From contig CAIIXF020000001.1 of assembly GCA_903813345.2 (NCBI GenBank), positions 25,482,001-25,546,000 on the forward strand: 64,000 nucleotides of DNA, in the 5' to 3' direction. The stretch comes from Owenia fusiformis (lineage: Eukaryota). Of the stretch, positions 30,001 through 42,249 are shown one piece after another (within the stretch, counting starts at the first letter, position 1; every line of letters starts with the position of its first letter). The position numbers and the translations under genes are program-made. The notes beneath the pieces are model-generated. The model had not been told where the DNA came from, made no database searches, and saw only the letters and a program-made list of their open reading frames with translations.

Positions 30001-33000
30001 AAGCCACTGTAGTTGTGTCAGCTACTGTTGTTGTAACATCAGCCGTTGTTGCATCAGCAACTGTTGTTGTAGCATCAGCTGCAGTTGCGTCAGCCACTGT
30101 AGTTGTGTCAGCAACTGCTGTTGTAACATCAGCCGTTGTTGCATCAGCAACTGTTGTTGTAGCATCAGCTGCAATTGTGTCAGCTACTGTTGTTGTAACA
30201 TCAGCCGTTGTTGCATCAGCAACTGTTGTTGTAGCATCAGCTGCAGTTGTGTCAGCCACTGAAGTTGTAGCATCAGCTGCTGTAGTATCTGCCGTAGTTG
30301 CGTCAGCCACTGTAGTTGTGTCAGCAACTGCTGTTGTAACATCAGCCGTTGTTGCATCAGCAACTGTTGTTGTAACATCAGCTGCAGTTGTGTCAGCCAC
30401 TGTAGTTGTAGCATCAGCTGCTGTAGTATCTGCCGTAGTTGCGTCAGCCACTGTAGTTGTGTCAGCAACTGCTGTTGTAACATCAGCCGTTGTTGCATCA
30501 GCAACTGTTGTAGCATCAGCTGCAGTTGTGTCAGCCACTGTAGTTGTAGCATCAGCTGCTGTAGTATCTGCCGTAGTTGCGTCAGCCACTGTAGTTGTGT
30601 CAGCAACTGCTGTTGTAACATCAGCCGTTGTTGCATCAGCAACTGTTGTTGTAGCATCAGCTGCAGTTGTGTCAGCCACTGTAGTTGTAGCATCAGCTGC
30701 TGTAGTATCTGCCGTAGTTGCGTCAGTCACTGTAGTTGTGTCAGCTACTGTTGTTGTAACGTCAGCCGTTGTTGCATCAGCAACTGTTGTTGTAGCATCA
30801 GCTGCAGTTGCGTCAGCCACTGTAGTTGTGTCAGCAACTGCTGTTGTAACATCAGCCGTTGTTGCATCAGCAACTGTTGTTGTAGCATCAGCTGCAATTG
30901 TGTCAGCTACTGTTGTTGTAACATCAGCCGTTGTTGCATCAGCAACTGTTGTTGTAGCATCAGCTGCAGTTGTGTCAGCCACTGAAGTTGTAGCATCAGC
31001 TGCTGTAGTATCTGCCGTAGTTGCGTCAGCCACTGTAGTTGTGTCAGCAACTGCTGTTGTAACATCAGCCGTTGTTGCATCAGCAACTGTTGTTGTAACA
31101 TCAGCTGCAGTTGTGTCAGCCACTGTAGTTGTAGCATCAGCTGCTGTAGTATCTGCCGTAGTTGCGTCAGCCACTGTAGTTGTGTCAGCAACTGCTGTTG
31201 TAACATCAGCCGTTGTTGCATCAGCAACTGTTGTAGCATCAGCTGCAGTTGTGTCAGCCACTGTAGTTGTAGCATCAGCTGCTGTAGTATCTGCCGTAGT
31301 TGCGTCAGCCACTGTAGTTGTGTCAGCAACTGCTGTTGTAACATCAGCCGTTGTTGCATCAGCAACTGTTGTTGTAGCATCAGCTGCAGTTGTGTCAGCC
31401 ACTGTAGTTGTAGCATCAGCTGCTGTAGTATCTGCCGTAGTTGCGTCAGTCACTGTAGTTGTGTCAGCTACTGTTGTTGTAACGTCAGCCGTTGTTGCAC
31501 CTGCAACTGTTGTTGTAGCATCAGCTGTAGTTGTGTCAGCCACTGTACTTGTAGCATCAGCTGCTGTAGTATCTGCCGTAGTTGCGTCAGCCACTGTAGT
31601 TGTGTCAGCAACTGCTGTTGTAACATCAGCCGTTGTTGCATCAGCAACTGTTGTTGTAGCATCAGCTGCAGTTGTGTCAGCCACTGTAGTTGTAGCATCA
31701 GCTGCTGTAGTATCTGCCGTAGTTGGGTCAGCCACTGTAGTTGTGTCAGCTACTGTTGTTGTAACATCAGTCGTTGTTGCATCAGCAACTGTTGTTGTAG
31801 CATCAGCTGCAGTTGTGTCAGCCACTGTAGTTGTAGCATCAGCTGCTGTAGTATCTGCCGTAGTTGCGTCAGCCACTGTAGTTGTGTCAGCAACTGCTGT
31901 TGTAACATCAGCCGTTGTTGCATCAGCAACTGTTGTTGTAGCATCAGCTGCAGTTGTGTCAGCCACTGTAGTTGTAGCATCAGCTGCTGTAGTATCTGCC
32001 GTAGTTGCGTCAGCCACTGTAGTTGTGTCAGCAACTGCTGTTGTAACATCAGCCGTTGTTGCATCAGCAACTGTTGTTGTAGCATCAGCTGCAGTTGTGT
32101 CAGCCACTGTAGTTGTAGCATCAGCTGCTGTAGTATCTGCCGTAGTTGCGTCAGCCACTGTAGTTGTGTCAGCAACTGCTGTTGTAACATCAGCCGTTGT
32201 TGCATCAGCAACTGTTGTTGTACCATCAGCTGCAGTTGTGTCAGCCACTGTAGTTGTAGCATCAGCTGCTGTAGTATCTGCCGTAGTTGCGTCAGCCACT
32301 GTAGTTGTGTCAGCAACTGCTGTTGTAACATCAGCCGTTGTTGCATCAGCAACTGTTGTTGTAGCATCAGCTGCAGTTGTGTCAGCCACTGTAGTTGTAG
32401 CATCAGCTGCTGTAGTATCTGCCGTAGTTGCGTCAGCCACTGTAGTTGTGTCAGCTATTGTTGTTGTAACATCAGCCGTTGTTGCATCAGCAACTGTTGT
32501 TGTAGCATCAGCTGCAGTTGTGTCAGCCACTGAAGTTGTAGCATCAGCTGCTGTAGTATCTGCCGTAGTTGCGTCAGCCACTGTAGTTGTGTCAGCAACT
32601 GCTGTTGTAACATCAGCCGTTGTTGCATCAGAAACTGTTGTTGTAGCATCAGCTGCAGTTGTGTCAGCCACTGTAGTTGTAGCATCAGCTGCTGTAGTAT
32701 CTGCCGTAGTTGCGTCAGCCACTGTAGTTGTGTCAGCAACTGCTGTTGTAACATCAGCCGTTGTTGCATCAGCAACTGTTGTAGCATCAGCTGCAGTTGT
32801 GTCAGCCACTGTAGTTGTAGCATCAGCTGCTGTAGTATCTGCCGTAGTTGCGTCAGCCACTGTAGTTGTGTCAGCAACTGCTGTTGTAACATCAGCCGTT
32901 GTTGCATCAGCAACTGTTGTTGTAGCATCAGCTGCAGTTGTGTCAGCCACTGTAGTTGTAGCATCAGCTGCTGTAGTATCTGCCGTAGTTGCGTCAGCCA

Positions 33001-36000
33001 CTGTAGTTGTGTCAGCTACTGTTGTTGTAACGTCAGCCGTTGTTGCACCTGCAACTGTTGTTGTAGCATCAGCTGTAGTTGTGTCAGCCACTGTACTTGT
33101 AGCATCAGCTGCTGTAGTATCTGCCGTAGTTGCTTCAGCCACTGTAGTTGTGTCAGCAACTGCTGTTGTAACATCAGCCGTTGTTGCATCAGCAACTGTT
33201 GTTGTAGCATCAGCTGCAGTTGTGTCAGCCACTGTAGTTGTAGCATCAGCTGCTGTAGTATCTGCCGTAGTTGGGTCAGCCACTGTAGTTGTGTCAGCTA
33301 CTGTTGTTGTAACATCAGTCGTTGTAGCATCAGCAACTGTTGTTGTAGCATCAGCTGCAGTTGTGTCAGCCACTGTAGTTGTAGCATCAGCTGCTGTAGT
33401 ATCTGCCGTAGTTGCGTCAGCCACTGTAGTTGTGTCAGCAACTGCTGTTGTAACATCAGCCGTTGTTGCATCAGCAACTGTTGTTGTAGCATCAGCTGCA
33501 GTTGTGTCAGCCACTGTAGTTGTAGCATCAGTTGCTGTAGTATCTGCCGTAGTTGCGTCAGCCACTGTAGTTGTGTCAGCAACTGCTGTTGTAACATCAG
33601 CCGTTGTTGCATCAGCAACTGTTGTTGTAGCATCAGCTGCAGTTGTGTCAGCCACTGTAGTTGTAGCATCAGCTGCTGTAGTATCTTCGGTAGTTGCGTC
33701 AGCCACTGTAGTTGTGTCAACTACTGTTGTTGTAACATCAGCCGTTGTTGCATCAGCAACTGTTGTTGTAGCATCAGCTGCAGTTGTGTCAGCCACTGAA
33801 GTTGTAGCATCAGCTGCTGTAGTATCTGCCGTAGTTGCGTCAGCCACTGTAGTTGTGTCAGCAACTTCTGTTGTAACATCAGCCGTTGTTGCATCAGCAA
33901 CTGTTGTTGTAGCATCAGCTGCAGTTGTGTCAGCCACTGTAGTTGTAGCATCAGCTGCTGTAGTATCTGCCGTAGTTGCGTCAGCCACTGTAGTTGTGTC
34001 AGCAACTGCTGTTGTAACATCAGCCGTTGTTGCATCAGTAACTGTTGTAGCATCAGCTGCAGTTGTGTCAGCCACTGTAGTTGTAGCATCAGCTGCTGTA
34101 GTATCTGCCGTAGTTGCGTCAGCCACTGTAGTTGTGTCAGCAACTGCTGTTGTAACATCAGCCGTTGTTGCATCAGCAACTGTTGTTGTAGCATCAGCTG
34201 CAGTTGTGTCAGCCACTGTAGTTGTAGCATCAGCTGCTGTAGTATCTGCCGTAGTTGCGTCAGCCACTGTAGTTGTGTCAGCAACTGCTGTTGTAACATC
34301 AGCCGTTGTTGCATCAGTAACTGTTGTAGCATCAGCTGCAGTTGTGTCAGCCACTGTAGTTGTAGCATCAGCTGCTGTAGTATCTGCCGTAGTTGCGTCA
34401 GCCACTGTAGTTGTGTCAGCAACTGCTGTTGTAACATCAGCCGTTGTTGCATCAGCAACTGTTGTTGTAGCATCAGCTGCAGTTGTGTCAGCCACTGTAG
34501 TTGTAGCATCAGCTGCTGTAGTATCTGCCGTAGTTGCGTCAGCCACTGTAGTTGTGTCAGCTACTGTTGTTGTAACATCAGCCATTGTTGCATCAGCAAC
34601 TGTTGTTGTAGCATCAGCTGTAGTTGTGTCAGCCACTGTAGTTGTAGCATAAGCTGCTGTAGTATCTGCCGTAGTTGCGTCAGCCACTGTAGTTGTGTCA
34701 GCAACTGCTGTTGTAACATCAGCCGTTGTTGCATCAGCAACTGTTGTTGTAGCATCAGTTGCAGTTGTGTCAGCCACTGTAGTTGTAGCATCAGCTGCTG
34801 TAGTATCTGCCGTAGTTGCGTCAGCCACTGTAGTTGTGTCAGCAACTGCTGTTGTAACATCAGCCGTTGTTGCATCAGCAACTGTTGTTGTAGCATCAGC
34901 TGCAGTTGTGTCAGCCACTGTACTTGTAGCATCAGCTGCTGTAGTATCTGCTGTAGTTGCGTCAGCCACTGTAGTTGTGTCAGCAACTGCTGTTGTAACA
35001 TCACCCGTCGTTGCATCAGCAACTGTTGTTGTAGCATCAGCTGCAGTTGTGTCAGCCACTGTAGTTGTAGCATCAGCTGCTGTAGTATCTGCCGTAGTTG
35101 CGTCAGCCACTGTAGTTGTGTCAGCTACTGTTGTTGTAACGTCAGCCGTTGTTGCATCAGCAACTGTTGTTGTAGCATCAGCTGTAGTTGTGTCAGCCAC
35201 TGTAGTTGTAGCATCAGCTGCTGTAGTATCTGCCGTAGTTGCGTCAGCCACTGTAGTTGTGTCAGCAACTGCTGTTGTAACATCAGCCGTTGTTGCATCA
35301 GCAACTGTTGTTGTAGCATCAGCTGCAGTTGTGTCAGCCACTGTAGTTGTAGCATCAGCTGCTGTAGTATCTGCCGTAGTTGCGTCAGCCACTGTAGTTG
35401 TGTCAGCTACTGTTGTTGTAACATCAGTCGTTGTTGCATCAGCAACTGTTGTTGTAGCATCAGCTGCAGTTGTGTCAGCCACTGTAGTTGTAGCATCAGC
35501 TGCTGTAGTATCTGCCGTAGTTGCGTCAGGCACTGTAGTTGTGTCAGCAACTGCTGTTGTAACATCAGCCGTTGTTGCATCAGCAACTGTTGTTGTAGCA
35601 TCAGCTGCAGTTGTGTCAGCCACTGTAGTTGTAGCATCAGCTGATGTAGTATCTGCCGTAGTTGCGTCAGCCACTGTAGTTGTGTCAGCAACTGCTGTTG
35701 TAACATCAGCCGTGGTTGCATCAGCAACTGTTGTTGTAGCATCAGCTGCAGTTGTGTCAGCCACTGTAGTTGTAGCATCAGCTGCTGTAGTATCTGCCGT
35801 AGTTGCGTCAGCCACTGTAGTTGTGTCAGCTACTGTTGTTGTAACATCAGCCGTTGTTGCATCAGCAACTGTTGTTTTAGCATCAGCTGTAGTTGTGTCA
35901 GCCACTGTACTTGTAGCATCAGCTGCTGTAGTATCTGCCGTAGTTGCGTCAGCCACTGTAGTTGTGTCAGCAACTGCTGTTGTAACATCAGCCGTTGTTG

Positions 36001-39000
36001 CATCAGCAACTGTTGTTGTAGCATCAGCTGTAGTTGTGTCAGCCACTGTAGTTGTAGCATCAGCTGCTGTAGTATCTGCCGTAGTTGCGTCAGCCACTGT
36101 AGTTGTGTCAGCAACTGCTGTTGTAACATCAGCCGTTGTTGCATCAGCAACTGTTGTTGTAGCATCAGCTGCAGTTGTGTCAGCCACTGTAGTTGTAGCA
36201 TCAGCTGCTGTAGTATCTGCCGTAGTTGCGTCAGCCACTGTAGTTGTGTCAGCAACTGCTGTTGTAACATCAGCCGTTGTTGCATCAGCAACTGTTGTTG
36301 TAGCATCAGCTGCAGTTGTGTCAGCCACTGTAGTTGTAGCATCAGCTGCTGTATTATCTGCCGTAGTTGCGTCAGCCACTGTAGTTGTGTCAGCAACTGC
36401 TGTTGTAACATCAGCCGTTGTTGCATCAGCAACTGTTGTTGTAGCATCAGCTGCAGTTGTGTCAGCCACTGTAGTTGTAGCATCAGCTGCTGTAGTATCT
36501 GCCGTAGTTGCGTCAGCCACTGTAGTTGTGTCAGCTACTGTTGTTGTAACATCAGCCGTTGTTGCATCAGCAACTGTTGTTGTAGCATCAGCTGTAGTTG
36601 TGTAAGCCACTGTACTTGTAGCATCAGCTGCTGTAGTATCTGCCATAGTTGCGTCAGCCACTGTAGTTGTGTCAGCAAATGCTGTTGTAACATCAGCCGT
36701 TGTTGCATCAGCAACTGTTGTTGTAGCATCAGCTGCAGTTGTGTCAGCCACTGTAGTTGTAGCATCAGCTGCTGTAGTATCTGCCGTAGTTGCGTCAGCC
36801 ACTGTAGTTGTGTCAGCTACTGTTGTTGTAACATCAGCCGTTGTAACATCAGCAACTGTTGTTGTAGCATCAGCTGTAGTTGTGTCAGCCACTGTATTTG
36901 TAGCATCAGCTGCTGTAGTATCTGCCGTAGTTGCGTCAGCCACTGTAGTTGTGTCAGCAACTGCTGTTGTAACATCAGCCGTTGTTGCATCAGCAACTGT
37001 TGTTGTAGCATCAGCTGTAGTTGTGTCAGCCACTGTAGTTGTAGCATCAGCTGCTGTAGTATCTGCCGTAGTTGCGTCAGCCACTGTAGTTGTGTCAGCA
37101 ACTGCTGTTGTAACATCAGCCGTTGTTGCATCAGCAACTGTTGTTGTAGCATCAGCTGCAGTTGTGTCAGCCACTGTAGTTGTAGCATCAGCTGCTGTAG
37201 TATCTGCCGTAGTTGCGTCAGCCACTGTAGTTGTGTCAGCAACTGCTGTTGTAACATCAGCCGTTGTTGCATCAGCAACTGTTGTTGTAGCATCAGCTGC
37301 AGTTGTGTCAGCCACTGTAGTTGTAGCATCAGCTGCTGTATTATCTGCCGTAGTTGCGTCAGCCACTGTAGTTGTGTCAGCAACTGCTGTTGTAACATCA
37401 GCCGTTGTTGCATCAGCAACTGTTGTTGTAGCATCAGCTGCAGTTGTGTCAGCCACTGTAGTTGTAGCATCAGCTGCTGTAGTATCTGCCGTAGTTGCGT
37501 CAGCCACTGTAGTTGTGTCAGCTACTGTTGTTGTAACATCAGCCGTTGTTGCATCAGCAACTGTTGTTGTAGCATCAGCTGTAGTTGTGTAAGCCACTGT
37601 ACTTGTAGCATCAGCTGCTGTAGTATCTGCCATAGTTGCGTCAGCCACTGTAGTTGTGTCAGCAAATGCTGTTGTAACATCAGCCGTTGTTGCATCAGCA
37701 ACTGTTGTTGTAGCATCAGCTGCAGTTGTGTCAGCCACTGTAGTTGTAGCATCAGCTGCTGTAGTATCTGCCGTAGTTGCGTCAGCCACTGTAGTTGTGT
37801 CAGCTACTGTTGTTGTAACATCAGCCGTTGTAACATCAGCAACTGTTGTTGTAGCATCAGCTGTAGTTGTGTCAGCCACTGTATTTGTAGCATCAGCTGC
37901 TGTAGTATCTGCCGTAGTTGCGTCAGCCACTGTAGTTGTGTCAGCAACTGCTGTTGTAACATCAGCCGTTGTTGCATCAGCAACTGTTGTTGTAGCATCA
38001 GCTGCAGTTGTGTCAGCCACTGTAGTTGTAGCATCAGCTGCTGTAGTATCTTCGGTAGTTGCGTCAGCCACTGTAGTTGTGTCAACTACTGTTGTTGTAA
38101 CATCAGCCGTTGTTGCATCAGCAACTGTTGTTGTAGCATCAGCTGCAGTTGTGTCAGCCACTGAAGTTGTAGCATCAGCTGCTGTAGTATCTGCCGTAGT
38201 TGCGTCAGCCACTGTAGTTGTGTCAGCAACTGCTGTTGTAACATCAGCCGTTGTTGCATCAGCAACTGTTGTTGTAGCATCAGCTGCAGTTGTGTCAGCC
38301 ACTGTAGTTGTAGCATCAGCTGCTGTAGTATCTGCCGTAGTTGCGTCAGCCACTGTAGTTGTGTCAGCAACTGCTGTTGTAACATCAGCCGTTGTTGCAT
38401 CAGTAACTGTTGTAGCATCAGCTGCAGTTGTGTCAGCCACTGTAGTTGTAGCATCAGCTGCTGTAGTATCTGCCGTAGTTGCGTCAGCCACTGTAGTTGT
38501 GTCAGCAACTGCTGTTGTAACATCAGCCGTTGTTGCATCAGCAACTGTTGTTGTAGCATCAGCTGCAGTTGTGTCAGCCACTGTAGTTGTAGCATCAGCT
38601 GCTGTAGTATCTGCCGTAGTTGCGTCAGCCACTGTAGTTGTGTCAGCTACTGTTGTTGTAACATCAGCCGTTGTTGCATCAGCAACTGTTGTTGTAGCAT
38701 CAGCTGTAGTAGTGTCAGCCACTGTAGTTGTAGCATCAGCTGCTGTAGTATCTGCCGTAGTTGCGTCAGCCACTGTAGTTGTGTCAGCAACTGCTGTTGT
38801 AACATCAGCCGTTGTTGCATCAGCAACTGTTGTTGTAGCATCAGTTGCAGTTGTGTCAGCCACTGTAGTTGTAGCATCAGCTGCTGTAGTATCTGCCGTA
38901 GTTGCGTCAGCCACTGTAGTTGTGTCAGCAACTGCTGTTGTAACATCAGCCGTTGTTGCATCAGCAACTGTTGTTGTAGCATCAGCTGCAGTTGTGTCAG

Positions 39001-41316
39001 CCACTGTACTTGTAGCATCAGCTGCTGTAGTATCTGCTGTAGTTGCGTCAGCCACTGTAGTTGTGTCAGCAACTGCTGTTGTAACATCACCCGTCGTTGC
39101 ATCAGCAACTGTTGTTGTAGCATCAGCTGCAGTTGTGTCAGCCACTGTAGTTGTAGCATCAGCTGCTGTAGTATCTGCCGTAGTTGCGTCAGCCACTGTA
39201 GTTGTGTCAGCTACTGTTGTTGTAACGTCAGCCGTTGTTGCATCAGCAACTGTTGTTGTAGCATCAGCTGTAGTTGTGTCAGCCACTGTACTTGTAGCAT
39301 CAGCTGCTGTAGTATCTGCCGTAGTTGCGTCAGGCACTGTAGTTGTGTCAGCAACTGCTGTTGTAACATCAGCCGTTGTTGCATCAGCAACTGTTGTTGT
39401 AGCATCAGCTGCAGTTGTGTCAGCCACTGTAGTTGTAGCATCAGCTGATGTAGTATCTGCCGTAGTTGCGTCAGCCACTGTAGTTGTGTCAGCAACTGCT
39501 GTTGTAACATCAGCCGTGGTTGCATCAGCAACTGTTGTTGTAGCATCAGCTGCAGTTGTGTCAGCCACTGTAGTTGTAGCATCAGCTGCTGTAGTATCTG
39601 CCGTAGTTGCGTCAGCCACTGTAGTTGTGTCAGCTACTGTTGTTGTAACATCAGCCGTTGTTGCATCAGCAACTGTTGTTGTAGCATCAGCTGTAGTTGT
39701 GTCAGCCACTGTACTTGTAGCATCAGCTGCTGTAGTATCTGCCGTAGTTGCGTCAGCCACTGTAGTTGTGTCAGTAACTGCTGTTGTAACATCAGCCGTT
39801 GTTGCATCAGCAACTGTTGTTGTAGCATCAGCCGTTGTTGCATCAGCAACTGTTGTTGTAGCATCAGCTGTAGTTGTGTCAGCCACTGTACTTGTAGCAT
39901 CAGCTGCTGTAGTATCTGCCGTAGTTGCGTCAGCCACTGTAGTTGTGTCAGCAACTGCTGTTGTAACATCAGCCGTTGTTGCATCAGCAACTGTTGTTGT
40001 AGCATCAGCTGCAGTTGTGTCAGCCACTGTAGTTGTAGCATCAGCTGCTGTAGTATCTGCCGTAGTTGCGTCAGCCACTGTAGTTGTGTCAGCAACTGCT
40101 GTTGTAACATCAGCCGTTGTTGCATCAGCAACTGTTGTTGTAGCATCAGCTGCAGTTGTGTCAGCCACTGTAGTTGTAGCATCAGCTGCTGTAGTATCTG
40201 CCGTAGTTGCGTCAGCCACTGAAGTTGTGTCAGCTACTGTTGTTGTAACATCAGCCGTTGTTGCATCAGCAACTGTTGTTGTAGCATCAGCTGTAGTTGT
40301 GTCAGCCACTGTACTTGTAGCATCAGCTGCTGTAGTATCTGCCGTAGTTGCGTCAGCCACTGTAGTTGTGTCAGCAACTGCTGTTGTAACATCAGCCGTT
40401 GTTGCATCAGCAACTGTTGTTGTAGCATCAGCTGCAGTTGTGTCAGCCACTGTAGTTGTAGCATCAGCTGCTGTAGTATCTGCCGTAGTTGCGTCAGCCA
40501 CTGTAGTTGTGTCAGCTACTGTTGTTGTAACATCAGCCGTTGTTGCATCAGCAACTGTTGTTGTAGCATCAGCTGCAGTTGTGCCAGCCACTCTAGTTGT
40601 AGCATCAGCTGCTGTAGTATCTGCCGTAGTTGCGTCAGCCACTGTAGTTGTGTCAGCAACTGCTGTTGTAACATCAGCCGTTGTTGCATCAGCAACTGTT
40701 GTTGTAGCATCAGCTGCAGTTGTGTCAGCCACTGTAGTTGTAGCATCAGCTGCTGTAGTATCTGCCGTAGTTGCGTCAGCCACTGTAGTTGTATCAGCAA
40801 CTGCTGTTGTAACATCAGCCGTCGTTGCATCAGCAACTGTTGTTGTAGCATCAGCTGCAGTTGTGTCAGCCACTGTAGTTGTAGCATCAGCTGCTGTAGT
40901 ATCTGCCGTAGTTGCGTCAGCCACTGTAGTTGTGTAAGCTACTGTTGTTGTAACATCAGCCGTTGTTGCATCAGCAACTGTTGTTGTAGCATCAGCTGCA
41001 GTTGTGTCAGCCACTGTAGTTGTAGCATCAGCTGCTGTAGTATCTGCCGTTGTTGCGTCAGCCACTGTAGTTGTGTCAGCAACTGCTGTTGTAACATCAG
41101 CCGTTGTTGCATCAGCAACTGTTGTTGTAGCATCAGCTGCAGTTGTGTCAGCCACTGTAGTTGTAGCATCAGCTGCTGTAGTATCTGCCATAGTTGCGTC
41201 AGCCACTGTAGTTGTGTCAGCTACTGTTGTTGTAACATCAGCCGTTGTTGCATCAGCAACTGTTGTTGTAGCATCAGCTGTAGTTGTGTCAGCCACTGTA
41301 GTTGTAGCATCAGCCA
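1..41316. repeat. 141-bp tandem repeat array A, roughly 290 units, with higher-order duplications
   Basis: The 47-codon unit repeats continuously with near-identical copies. Length variants seen are multiples of 3 (138-bp units, 36-bp subunit gains and losses), apart from the 12.6-13.0 kb indel cluster. Confidence 0.97.
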
Positions 41317-41318
41317 TT
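1..41318 (-). CDS. Gene A giant repeat exon: Thr/Ala/Asp/Val-rich mucin-like tandem-repeat region, 3' end beyond the window
   Basis: ORF 12971..42202 (9743 aa) covers the repeat. The same TADV frame appears to stay open from ~12590 to position 1 (no stop seen, no stop-terminated ORF reported in that frame). It is broken only by 1-nt indels at ~12593, ~12918, ~12972 and ~12980. Strand is supported by in-frame unique flanks: furin site and signal exon upstream, and TM plus tail in the paralog. Confidence 0.75.
6900..19000. repeat. Near-exact tandem duplication of ~6.08 kb (~6.9-12.9 kb and ~13.0-19.0 kb), possibly a false duplication in the assembly
   Basis: Private variants recur at offset 6083: gcattagct at ~7222 and ~7501 vs ~13305 and ~13584; acgtaagcc at 8311 vs 14394; shadow ORFs 8297/14380, 9119/15202 and 12089/18172. 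Confidence 0.9.
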
Positions 41319-41438
41319 CTAAATAGGTAGGTGAATAAAAATAAATATAATTGCACCCTTGTCTTTAATACACAAGTATGAGTTAGATGAAAGTACGTAA
41401 TCATAAAAATATATGACCGTAGTCCGATATTTAATGAC
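41319..41438 (-). other. Probable short in-frame (3n, stop-free) intron interrupting the repeat
   Basis: AT-rich unique insert. The minus strand ends in a pyrimidine tract plus AG (tttatttttattcacctacctatttag|aATGGCT) and carries a CTAAC branch-like motif. GT donors at 41438, 41417 and 41396 give 120, 99 and 78 nt, all frame-preserving. Confidence 0.55.
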
Positions 41439-42249
41439 AAAGTAGTATCTGCCGTAGTTGCGTCAGCCACTGAAGTTATGTAAGCAACTGTTGTTCTAAC
41501 ATTAGCCGTTTTTGCATCAGCAGCTGTTGTTGTAGCATTATCTGTAGTTGTATCAGCCAGTATAGTTGAAGCATAAGCTGCTGTTGTATCTGCCGTAGTT
41601 GCGTCAGTCACTGTAGTTGTGTCAGCTACTGTTGAAATAGCATCAGTTGTGTTTATGTCAGTCACTGTAGTCGTGTCAGCCATTATACTTGTAGCATCAG
41701 CTCCTGTAGTATTTGCCGTCGTTGCGTCAGCCTCTGTAGTTGTGACAGCCACTGTACTTGTGGCATAAGCTCCTGTAGAATAAGCCGTAGTTGAGTCAGC
41801 CACTGTAGTTATGTAAGCAACTGTTGTAGCATTAGCCGCTGTTGTATCAGCAAATGCTTTGGTTGCATCAGCTGTAGTTGTTTCAACCACTGTAGTTGTA
41901 ACACACAATGCTGTAGTATCTGCCGCCGTTGCCTCATCCACTGTCGTTGTGTCAGCCACTGTAGTTGCTGCCTCAGCTGCTGCTGTATCTGCCGTAGTAT
42001 CTTGAGCCACTGTAGCTGTGTCAGCTGCTGTTGTTGTAACATCAGCTGTTGTAACATCAACAAAATGTGCAGTAGCATCAGATGTAATTGTATCAGCCAC
42101 TGTAGTTGTAGTGTCAGCCGCTGTATCTGCCGTAGTTGAGTAAGCCACTGTAGTTGTGTCAGCAACCGTTGTTGTAGCATCAGCTGTAGTTTTGTTGTCC
42201 ACAGCTTCTCTTCGAAATCTTTTGTAAAACTTATGAGGAGCATACTTTT
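41418..42249 (-). CDS. Gene A exon 2: (E)KYAPHKFYKRFRR|EAVDNK followed by degenerate T/A/D/V repeats
   Basis: Acceptor ttataatttcag| at 42250, phase 1, in frame with the giant ORF. Contains an R-X-R-R furin consensus. The 3' boundary depends on the donor used (41397, 41418 or 41439). Confidence 0.7.

Noticed and set aside
251-41169. Many minus-strand Leu/Gln/Met ORFs and plus-strand Cys/Ser-rich ORFs
   Set aside because: Alternative frames of the same repeat, with boundaries set by unit variants. Any keratin-associated or metallothionein-like look is coincidental.
1-41316. CRISPR array or non-coding satellite interpretation
   Set aside because: No unique spacers and a eukaryotic context. 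The repeat is in frame with furin-site and TM-coding flanks, which favours a coding VNTR.
238-41330. Long plus-strand Val/Ala/Ser/Thr ORFs (up to 3486 aa)
   Set aside because: Antisense shadow of the repeat: GTG starts, repeated stops, and no in-frame unique flanks.
12971-42202. Absence of stops over 9743 codons as proof of purifying selection
   Set aside because: Thr, Ala, Asp and Val codons cannot become stops by one substitution, so this is expected even without selection.
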